15,082 nt of DNA, taken from Thermovirgaceae bacterium. Its GTDB lineage: Bacteria > Synergistota > Synergistia > Synergistales > Thermovirgaceae. A program made the position numbers and the translations under genes. Location of the stretch: assembly GCA_046542505.1 (NCBI GenBank), contig JBKHBH010000045.1:1-15082 (forward strand). Reading direction: 5' to 3'. Below, one piece after another: positions 1 through 7,434 of the stretch. Every line of letters begins with the position of its first letter. Position 1 is the stretch's first letter. Under the pieces are notes generated by a model that searched no databases, was not told where the DNA came from, and saw nothing but the letters and a program-made list of their open reading frames with translations.

Positions 1-1
1 C

Positions 2-778
2 CAGGTGGATGCTTTTACGGACCGCCCATTCGGCGGAAACCCGGCTGCCGTCTGTCTGATGGAAACCACACGGGAAGACGGCTGGATGCTGAAAGTGGCC
101 CAGGAAATGAACCTGTCCGAAACGGCTTTCTGCCTTCCCCTTCACGAAGGCTACAATCTCAGGTGGTTCACCCCTGCCACTGAGGTCGATCTGTGCGGAC
201 ATGCGACACTGGCGACGGCCCATGTCCTATGGGAGACCGGATTGCTGGAAACGAGCCAAAGCGCCCGGTTCAAGACCAGAAGCGGACTGCTGACAGCCCG
301 CCTGGACGGCTCATGGATCCTGATGGACTTCCCCGCCGATTTCCCCCAAACCTGCAAGGCACCGCCGGGAATGCTCGACGCACTCGGTATTGAGAGGCCC
401 GTCGCAATGACAAGGGGACGCTTTGATTACCTCGTCGAAATCAATGATGAACAGACACTCACAACGCTGAATCCCGATTTCATAAAACTTCGGCACATAG
501 ACACCCGGGGGGTCATCGTCACAGCGCGTTCGTCATCGAGGGACTGTGATTTCCTTTCCCGGTTCTTCGCGCCCGCTGTCGGGGTAAACGAAGACCCCGT
601 CACGGGATCGGCGCACTGCACGCTGTGCCCCTACTGGTCCAGGAGGCTCGAAAAAACGGATTTCCTGGCCCGCCAGGTTTCGGCCCGCGGGGGACTCCTC
701 AGAACGGAAATGAAGGATTCCCGGGTTATCGTCGGCGGCCAGGCCGTCACGGTTTTCTCCGGCGACCTGCTTGCCTGA
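2..778 (+). CDS. PhzF-family isomerase/epimerase, 5' end probably outside the window
   Basis: Frame is open from position 2 (QVDAFTDRPFGGNPAAV). Family motifs AQEMNLSETAF, LRWFTPATEVDLCGHATLA, EDPVTGSAH and SARGG are present. Stop TGA at 776-778. Confidence 0.92.
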   Translation, partial: QVDAFTDRPFGGNPAAVCLMETTREDGWMLKVAQEMNLSETAFCLPLHEGYNLRWFTPATEVDLCGHATLATAHVLWETGLLETSQSARFKTRSGLLTARLDGSWILMDFPADFPQTCKAPPGMLDALGIERPVAMTRGRFDYLVEINDEQTLTTLNPDFIKLRHIDTRGVIVTARSSSRDCDFLSRFFAPAVGVNEDPVTGSAHCTLCPYWSRRLEKTDFLARQVSARGGLLRTEMKDSRVIVGGQAVTVFSGDLLA

Positions 779-828
779 GGGAAGCAGCATAATGAATGGG
801 CGTTTGCGCCTCGGTCGGGAGGAATAAC

Positions 829-1800
829 ATGTCCCTTGAAAAAGTCCTGTTGCTTTTCGACAGAAAACATCCTTTCTGGACAAAAGAACTCATGGAATTG
901 TCCGGAGAGGATCCATCCGCACTCACTCGACTTGAAGGAGAAGGATTGCTCGAAAAAATGGACGACGGGTTCGTGCTCTCCGACGCTGGACGGGAACGAT
1001 TCAGGCGTTGGGCGGAAGAATCCTGGCTTGATTCCGAGCCGGCAGGTCTGCCGAAAGACACGCAGATCGAAAAGAGGCGGCTCGAGATCGCATTGAAATT
1101 CGACAGGGGATTCAAGGGGTTTCACGGTACGAAACAAATCTTTATCACCCCGGAGCTCTCCTTTTTCCCGAACCTTCAGGAAGACCGGCTTTACAATGTC
1201 ACCTCGGGCGGTGTCCAGTGGCTCTTTCCTTCAGACCCGCTCGTTGAAGAACTGGTCGAGCGCTTCCCCAGGCAAAGACACCCCGCCGAAACGGACCTGG
1301 CGGCACTCGAAGACTGGATAAAGGAGAAAAACATCCCCTCCGGGACCTTCGTTCCCGATCTTCTGTGCCTCAACCAGTGCGACTACTCCTATTACTGGAG
1401 GCACACCATACCGACGGACCGGCACGGGTTCCTCAACAAGGACCGGCTTTTTTTGAGATTTTTGTCCGACCCGGCTTCACTCAGGCCCATCGAGGTCCTT
1501 CCCGACCTTGCCCGTTTCTCGCTTTTTTTACTGGACAACCGGCAGGTCTATTTGCCCGGCTGCTTTGACATCGATGTCCACGAGCAGACGGCTTTCACCT
1601 GGTGGTTCTGGGCCGTGGAGACCGGAGAGGACGCGAAACACGTCCTGCAAAAGCTCCGGCCTCTTGGAGACCTCCTAGCCGCACCTGCGGCACCCACGGA
1701 CTTCTGGATCATAAGCCTCGAAGAGCTTCGGGCATATGACGAGAAAGCAGAGTCCTTCTACGAATTCGTCGATTCCGTTGCCGAAAGCGTGACAAGATAA
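829..1800 (+). CDS. Hypothetical protein (~323 aa), possible N-terminal winged-helix region
   Basis: Long ORF 796-1800. SD GGGAGGA at 817-823 precedes ATG 829. It starts 50 bp after the PhzF-family gene on the same strand. No family confidently recognised. Confidence 0.75.
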   Translation: MSLEKVLLLFDRKHPFWTKELMELSGEDPSALTRLEGEGLLEKMDDGFVLSDAGRERFRRWAEESWLDSEPAGLPKDTQIEKRRLEIALKFDRGFKGFHGTKQIFITPELSFFPNLQEDRLYNVTSGGVQWLFPSDPLVEELVERFPRQRHPAETDLAALEDWIKEKNIPSGTFVPDLLCLNQCDYSYYWRHTIPTDRHGFLNKDRLFLRFLSDPASLRPIEVLPDLARFSLFLLDNRQVYLPGCFDIDVHEQTAFTWWFWAVETGEDAKHVLQKLRPLGDLLAAPAAPTDFWIISLEELRAYDEKAESFYEFVDSVAESVTR

Positions 1801-1885
1801 GCCCACATTCTTTCTTTTTCAGGAACCTCTGAAGGCGCATAATTTGCATCTTGATCAGTTAAGCCACAAGAATCACTAAAACAAT

Positions 1886-1935
1886 GAAAGAGCAGGATCA
1901 CTCCGATAAATGCAATCGGGACAACCCTGCTTTCA
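1886..1935 (-). terminator. Probable intrinsic terminator of the minus-strand TRAP operon
   Basis: Minus strand GCAGGGTTGTCCCGAT-TGCATTT-ATCGGAGTGATCCTGC pairs using G-U wobbles that work only on this strand. It is followed by TCTTTCATTGTTTT and lies about 30 nt after the dctM stop. Confidence 0.55.
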
Positions 1936-1965
1936 ATGCCCTGAAAGCGTCGAAGCGCGTTAAAT

Positions 1966-3276
1966 TTATCCCATAAGGTTCATCAGTAATTTTGGCAATG
2001 TCAGCGAGAGTTCTGGAATGTAGGTAGTTAGGATCAGCACCGGGAGATAACCAAAAAGGATAGAGTACACAACAGGTTTGTAGTATTCCCTAATCTCGAG
2101 GTTGCCACCTATCATCCCTCCCATGTACAACAGTGGCGCCACTGGTGGCGTAATCAGCCCCATGCCCAGGTTAACACCACAAATGGCACCGAAGTGGATG
2201 GGATTGATTCCCAGCTTGACGGCTGCCGGGAGATAAATGATGCCTGCCAGAATCAACGCCGAACAATCATCCATGAACATCCCAGTGAGGAAAAGCAGAA
2301 TATTGAAGATCAGCAGGATAATGATCTTATTTTCTGAGATGGTCAACAGCAAGTTAAGCAGTGCGCTGGGAACACCTTCAAGGATTAGGATACGGCTCAG
2401 AACGAAAAAGAAGAAAAACACCATCACAATTGAACCGGTGGTTTTCCCTCCATCAATAAGAGTGTTCCACAGAATGTTCATGTTCATGCTTCGGTAAATG
2501 AAAAACCCAAGAACTAATGCATAGACAGTAGAAACACCGGCGGCTTCCGTGGGTGTAAAGGCTCCACTGTAAATCCCAACTAGAATAAACAGAGGTAAAA
2601 GCAGGATCCATACAGCCTTCCTCGTGGCCTGCAGCTTTTCCTTTCTCGCCTCGGTTTTCGTGACTTCCGGAACAATTTGTATGGTCGGGATTTTACTGGT
2701 CATAACTTTGTTGATAATGCACAGCAAAATGGTCAGGATGACACCAGGAATAAAGGTCGCCGCAAACAGAAGGGGTATGGAGACTCTTCCGGCGATACCG
2801 AAAATGATCATGCTTGTACTCGGGGGGATAAGCAAAGAGAGAACACTCGAAGGTATCGCGATTCCGGTACTGTATCCTCGCGGATATCCCTTTTCCTCCA
2901 TAGCGGGGATCAACATGCCGCCAATGGCTGCCATCGCTGACGTCGCGACGCCGCACATGGCGCCGAAGATGGTGTTCGTCAGGATGAGAACGTATCCCAG
3001 CCCTCCTTTCTTTCGCCCGATGAATGAATTAACGAAATCGATCAACAATTTCGCCAGCCCGCCCTGGTTCATCAGTGATCCGAGAAGAATGAAAAGTGGC
3101 AATGCCATCATGGCGAACATGTTCAACTTGTTGAAGGAAGCGCTCAAGGCTCCTGTGATCCTGATATCATATATCCCACACAGGATGAACCCACCCAATC
3201 CAAAGGCGAACCCTACAGGCACGCCCGAGAACATTAAAAGAACGACACCGACGAGGACTGCTATCAGAAAGGTCAC
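1966..3276 (-). CDS. dctM: TRAP transporter large permease
   Basis: 436-aa hydrophobic protein with DctM motifs ALPLFILLGSLM, LLIPPSTSMI, GAFTPTEAA, GINPIHFG and GLITPPV. GTG start with SD AAGGAGAG. Confidence 0.95.
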   Translation of the reverse strand: MTFLIAVLVGVVLLMFSGVPVGFAFGLGGFILCGIYDIRITGALSASFNKLNMFAMMALPLFILLGSLMNQGGLAKLLIDFVNSFIGRKKGGLGYVLILTNTIFGAMCGVATSAMAAIGGMLIPAMEEKGYPRGYSTGIAIPSSVLSLLIPPSTSMIIFGIAGRVSIPLLFAATFIPGVILTILLCIINKVMTSKIPTIQIVPEVTKTEARKEKLQATRKAVWILLLPLFILVGIYSGAFTPTEAAGVSTVYALVLGFFIYRSMNMNILWNTLIDGGKTTGSIVMVFFFFFVLSRILILEGVPSALLNLLLTISENKIIILLIFNILLFLTGMFMDDCSALILAGIIYLPAAVKLGINPIHFGAICGVNLGMGLITPPVAPLLYMGGMIGGNLEIREYYKPVVYSILFGYLPVLILTTYIPELSLTLPKLLMNLMG

Positions 3277-3305
3277 TTGAATCTCTCCTTAAATTTTACT
3301 GTTGG

Positions 3306-3794
3306 TTACTTGAATTCTTTCAAAATCTGACTGAAGAGATGAAATACCATCAGAGCGCTGCCTGCGACTATGGCGGAGAAACCGACGTTTTGTGAAATCA
3401 TGAACACCGGTGTCGTTACATTGGATTCAGCCATCCAAAGAGCGTAGTGCAGGGTGTAGTAAAACAGAATCCCTGCGGTAATCATTGAGACAAACAGGCT
3501 AAAGATACGGCAGCCTCTCCTGATCCGGGAGTTTTTCACGAAGAGGAACAGGATGTCCACCTTGATGTCGCTCTGTTCGTGAACACAATAGGCACTCCCG
3601 ATGAAATAGAACCAGCTAACGACCAGTATCGATATCTCCTCGATGCCAAAAAGCGGTGCGGAAAAAAGATACCGCAGAAGAACCTGCACAAACATGGCAA
3701 GTGAAATGAAAAGGCCCGAGAGAAAAATAAAGACCTTTTCGCCCTTTACGATATAATACGAAACACGGTCGATAAAACCGAGATCCCTACTCAT
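3306..3794 (-). CDS. dctQ: TRAP transporter small permease
   Basis: 162 aa with about four TM segments and motifs QVLLRY, EEIS and DIKVDIL. Lies directly upstream of dctM, with SD GGAAGGGG. Confidence 0.93.
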   Translation of the reverse strand: MSRDLGFIDRVSYYIVKGEKVFIFLSGLFISLAMFVQVLLRYLFSAPLFGIEEISILVVSWFYFIGSAYCVHEQSDIKVDILFLFVKNSRIRRGCRIFSLFVSMITAGILFYYTLHYALWMAESNVTTPVFMISQNVGFSAIVAGSALMVFHLFSQILKEFK

Positions 3795-4206
3795 TGTTAG
3801 CGAACCCCTTCCTGCAAATTTCTCGATAGCTACGCCGCTACCGGTAAAGTCACATTACCCCGGTGCATTTTTGTCATTTTTCAATCTCACCGGTAAGCTT
3901 GAATGTCGCCGGACATTTCCCCCTACCGAAACTCTTCCGAATTATTTGTTCCATCAGACTGTTCCTTCCTGTTCTTTCCTTTCATCCGCTTGACGCAACA
4001 ACTGCAGAATATGCCCTTCTTACGATCCGATATCCTTTCCCAAAGGTTTTTGCTCCATTGGTTCATTTTAAAAATTATTATCAATGTGTACAGGTGTACG
4101 TTTTGGCTCACCATCTTTATTTTATGGTTCTAAAAAAAGCGGTATCGGGGTAATATGCAACGCTGCCAGTGGCTTGAGCGGACCATGTGAACCTGCGTCA
4201 AAACAC

Positions 4207-4271
4207 CGGCAATGGCGACAAGGTCAATGGGTTCCTGGAAAAGTGCAGAGCAAGCCTTATCGCCATTGCCG
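4207..4271 (-). terminator. Stem-loop downstream of dctP (terminator or mRNA stabiliser)
   Basis: 17-bp arms at 4207-4223 and 4255-4271. The single mismatch becomes a G-U pair on the minus strand. 31-nt loop, followed by GTGTTTTG. Confidence 0.5.
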
Positions 4272-4335
4272 TTTGGTTCATCGCTAAAGGAACCTTTTGC
4301 TGGTCACAAGATCCTTTTCAGGAAGCTTAATCCTA

Positions 4336-5349
4336 CTACTCGGTCGGCAACGGTTCAGCCATTTCCCTGACTTTTTCCATGAACTCTTCGCTGTACATAT
4401 TTTCAGCAGCCCAGCTCCAAACATTTTCACGAGCGGCTTTCATGTTGGCTGCCAACTGCTCGTCAGTCAGTTCAATAACCTCGACACCTGCTTCTTCCAT
4501 TGTTGCGATGGCATTTTGCTGGGTCTCGATGGCTCTCTCCCACTCAATGTCGATTGCCTCAGCCAAGGCTTTCTCAAGGATCTCCTGATCCTCGGAGGAC
4601 AAGGAGTTCCAGAGATCAAGATTGATGATCCACGGTGCGGCATAGAAACCATAATTGTAGTTATACTGATATTTCACGACATCTTTAAACAGGGCAACTT
4701 CGCCATACACGGCGCCCATGGCTGCATCGATAGTTCCAAGCATCAACGCGCTGTGGATTTCACCCCAGGGCATGGAAAGCGTCTTGAAACCGAAGCTCTT
4801 CCCGGTGATTTCCTCAAGCTTCGCAGGCATAACCCTGGTCTTGATGTTTTTTAGGCTTTCGTGTCCGGGCATGGGAGTGAAGTCCTTGTTTGAAACGACA
4901 AGTGAAAAGCCTTCTGGACCTACTCCAACGCAGTGTGTGTTGTTTCGGCGGCTGATTTTATTGAGCAGTTTTTCGCCTTCGCCACCCTTTTGGTAAAGTT
5001 TCTTGGCGCCTTCCCAGCTGTGAACGAGGTAAGGCAAACGGACAAATTCCATTTCGGGGTCAAAGGAAGACGAAGCAGGCGAAAAGCACATGTCTAGGCT
5101 GCCTTCCTTGACGTGAACCTGCTGGGTTTCCCAATCTCCAAGAAGGTCCCCAGCAAAATGTTTGATTTCGATCCTGCCGTCTGATAGCTCGGCAACTCTT
5201 TTCTTGAAGTGTTCCGCAATCCTATAACCCGGAAATTCTTCACCGGTCTGGTACTGTCCTAAGTCAATCGTAATGTCCGCCGCGAGAGCTGCGCTCGCAA
5301 AAGCGGCGAGCAAACAACCACACAAGATAACACTTAGCATTTTCTTCAT
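4336..5349 (-). CDS. dctP: TRAP transporter substrate-binding protein (DctP family)
   Basis: Signal peptide MKKMLSVILCGCLLAAFASAALA and motifs FKKRVAELSDGRIEIK, LPYL, KTRVM and MPWGEIHSALMLGTIDA. SD AAGGAGG lies 11 nt before ATG 5349; the ORF-track TTG 5358 is too close to the SD. Confidence 0.93.
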   Translation of the reverse strand: MKKMLSVILCGCLLAAFASAALAADITIDLGQYQTGEEFPGYRIAEHFKKRVAELSDGRIEIKHFAGDLLGDWETQQVHVKEGSLDMCFSPASSSFDPEMEFVRLPYLVHSWEGAKKLYQKGGEGEKLLNKISRRNNTHCVGVGPEGFSLVVSNKDFTPMPGHESLKNIKTRVMPAKLEEITGKSFGFKTLSMPWGEIHSALMLGTIDAAMGAVYGEVALFKDVVKYQYNYNYGFYAAPWIINLDLWNSLSSEDQEILEKALAEAIDIEWERAIETQQNAIATMEEAGVEVIELTDEQLAANMKAARENVWSWAAENMYSEEFMEKVREMAEPLPTE

Positions 5350-5478
5350 AATCAGCAATTCCTCCTTCGCGTTTTAAAACTTTTTCGGGATTCCGCCTTT
5401 ATGCAACCATATATCCCCTCCCCTGTTCCAAAAATTCTCGTATCTGCTCCTGGTTGCCCGTCGAAGCACCGGCCGTCT

Positions 5479-6279
5479 TCACTTTCCGTCCAGTGCATCG
5501 GTACTCGCTTTTTCAAGGCCAAGGCGTCCCTGAACGGCGACGAGAGCCTTTTTCCATGGGGTGTATCCATCTTCGTTTAGGATCGTTTTCAAAGCCAACT
5601 CGTTTAGGCCGCCTTTTGTTGTGTATTTTTCAAGCAAGGCATCGAAATCATCCGTTTTTTCTTCTTTTATGAGCAAAGAAAGGCTCTGGAACATTTCAGC
5701 CGTGTACGAAACCGCCTGTTCCCTTGCCATCCCCAGCTGCTCGGCCCACATCACGGTCTCTTGGATCAACCGGTAATATGGCACCATCAGGCTGGTGACG
5801 GCCGTGAGAATATCCAGTTCTCTCTCGCTTTCCACGGTAACTACTCTGCCAATGCCGGAGAATAGTTTCTCCACCTCTTGATCTCCTGGATAAAGGACTA
5901 TGGGTCCTATATGTCGCGAATTGTAGGGCAAAGGGGCAGACCGTAACAGCTTTTTGGCTTGAGTAACGCAACTGCGTAATTCCAATAACCGGATTCCCGC
6001 AAGAAGGCTCACGATTTTTTGGTTATTTCTGAATCGAAGGGGGCAAAGGACCTTTTCCATCAGATGCGGCCGGATTGACAGGAAAAGGCATTCACTTTCG
6101 TCTACCACGCTCTGGTTATTTGAAGCAACGTGAACTTGATTAAATTTTTCAGCCAACATCTGCGCCCTCTCGGTGTTTCTCGGGGAAAGGAAAACCCGGT
6201 CGGGGGGGGTGTCGCTTGTACACAAACCAGTCACGAGTTTCGTCGCTATTTCCCCTGTTCCCAGGAAACCTATGTTCAT
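5479..6279 (-). CDS. proC: Pyrroline-5-carboxylate reductase family protein (divergent)
   Basis: Rossmann motif NIGFLGTGEIA, then SPRN, LSIRP and VSLLAG, and C-terminal TKGGLNE where typical ProC has SPGGTT. GGGGG SD 8 nt before ATG 6279; alternative GTG at 6285. Confidence 0.85.
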   Translation of the reverse strand: MNIGFLGTGEIATKLVTGLCTSDTPPDRVFLSPRNTERAQMLAEKFNQVHVASNNQSVVDESECLFLSIRPHLMEKVLCPLRFRNNQKIVSLLAGIRLLELRSCVTQAKKLLRSAPLPYNSRHIGPIVLYPGDQEVEKLFSGIGRVVTVESERELDILTAVTSLMVPYYRLIQETVMWAEQLGMAREQAVSYTAEMFQSLSLLIKEEKTDDFDALLEKYTTKGGLNELALKTILNEDGYTPWKKALVAVQGRLGLEKASTDALDGK

Positions 6280-6344
6280 TCCCACATCCCCCGATCTTTT
6301 TGTGCTTTATTTCTCATTCTTGCGGGTATCCTAACATTGCGACG

Positions 6345-6361
6345 GAAAATACAGTATTTTC
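6345..6361. promoter_or_regulatory. Perfect palindrome GAAAATAC-A-GTATTTTC, candidate operator upstream of proC
   Basis: 8+1+8 inverted repeat in the activase-proC spacer. A minus-strand extended -10-like TG-T-TAGGAT lies at 6328-6336. Confidence 0.5.
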
Positions 6362-6407
6362 TTGTAAAAAGGACCAGGATTTCTCGAATCGTAGGATTTT
6401 CCAGAGG

Positions 6408-7385
6408 TCATTTCTCATTTCCGGATACACGTATCGGCAACGCCGTCCCAGTTTTCCGCAGGGCCTCGGCCTTCTCCTCCGCCCAGGCGACACTCGCCGA
6501 ATCGAGGCCCTTAAGCACGTAAGGCAGGCCCAAAAAACCGTAGGTGTCCACTCCAAACCTGTGGTATGGCAACAGCTCAAGATACCGAATCTTCTTCAGG
6601 TTGTTGCAAAATTCGAGGGTTTTTTCCAGGTTTTCGTATGAATCATTCCGCCCAGGAACAAGAGGTATCCGAATCACGAGCTCGACGTTATATACAGATG
6701 CGTCGATTCTCTTGATGTTTTCCAGTATCGCTTCGTTCGGAACCCCTGTGAGTTCCTCGTGCCTTCCGGAATCGAAACACTTTATATCAGTATACACTGT
6801 ATCAAGAAGGGGAAGATTCTCTTCATACCTGTCCCAAGGAGCAAAACTGCTCGTTTCCATTGCGGTGTTGATACCCCTTTGCTTGCAACCTTTCAAGATT
6901 TCCCTGCAAAAATCCGCCTGTTGTAAAGGCTCTCCTCCACTTAATGTTACTCCTCCGTTGGAGTGAAAGAAAAAGACTTCGTCCTTTTCAATTTCTCCGA
7001 GAACATCTTCGACATTCATCTTCTTGCCATAAGCCTTGAGGGCTCCTGTAGGACAGCTTTCAATACAGCGGAAACACGCAGTACACCGCTCGTTTCTGAG
7101 AAGAATCCCCTCTCCCTTGTGCAAGGACTTCAGGGCATTTTCAGGACAAACTTCGACACAGGTATGGCATTCTGTGCAAGAAGTTAAGTCATAGCCAATC
7201 TCGGGTTCAGGATTAATCGATTCCGGAGTGGAGCACCATTCGCACTGCAACGGGCAGCCTTTCAGATATACCACTGTCCTAAGGCCATCACCATCGTACA
7301 TAGAGGTCCTTTCGAAGCGCAAGACCATACCAGTAAGATTCACCGGAACCATTCGTGAAACTGAAAGATCAAGATTGCAGCCCAT
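6408..7385 (-). CDS. Glycyl-radical enzyme activating protein (radical SAM with 2x[4Fe-4S] ferredoxin insert)
   Basis: DGDGLRTVVYLKGCPLQCEWCSTPE (CX3CX2C), ferredoxin motifs CTECHTCVEVCP and CTACFRCIESCP, plus GGVTLSGGEPL, RIPLVPG and LLPYH. Adjacent to the GRE. Confidence 0.96.
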   Translation of the reverse strand: MGCNLDLSVSRMVPVNLTGMVLRFERTSMYDGDGLRTVVYLKGCPLQCEWCSTPESINPEPEIGYDLTSCTECHTCVEVCPENALKSLHKGEGILLRNERCTACFRCIESCPTGALKAYGKKMNVEDVLGEIEKDEVFFFHSNGGVTLSGGEPLQQADFCREILKGCKQRGINTAMETSSFAPWDRYEENLPLLDTVYTDIKCFDSGRHEELTGVPNEAILENIKRIDASVYNVELVIRIPLVPGRNDSYENLEKTLEFCNNLKKIRYLELLPYHRFGVDTYGFLGLPYVLKGLDSASVAWAEEKAEALRKTGTALPIRVSGNEK

Positions 7386-7434
7386 TTGACAAATCCCCCT
7401 TACCTTACCGTCCCATCACTTGCAAAATGATGTC

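Noticed and set aside
2..778. PhzF-fold enzyme as the epimerase of the GRE pathway, or as phenazine biosynthesis
   Set aside because: The fold is related to proline racemases, but the gene is on the opposite strand, in the GC-richer flank and separated by another gene. No other phz genes are present.
2624..3280. Long antisense or alternate-frame ORFs (2624-3280, 4297-4854, 7744-8247, 10215-10808, 631-1137, 14636-15076)
   Set aside because: They overlap well-supported genes and have no recognisable motifs; they are shadow ORFs.
3923..4114. 63-aa Cys/Lys-rich minus-strand ORF in the dctP-dctQ spacer
   Set aside because: No convincing SD and no recognisable family; competing ORFs exist on the other strand. 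It cannot be supported without homology data.
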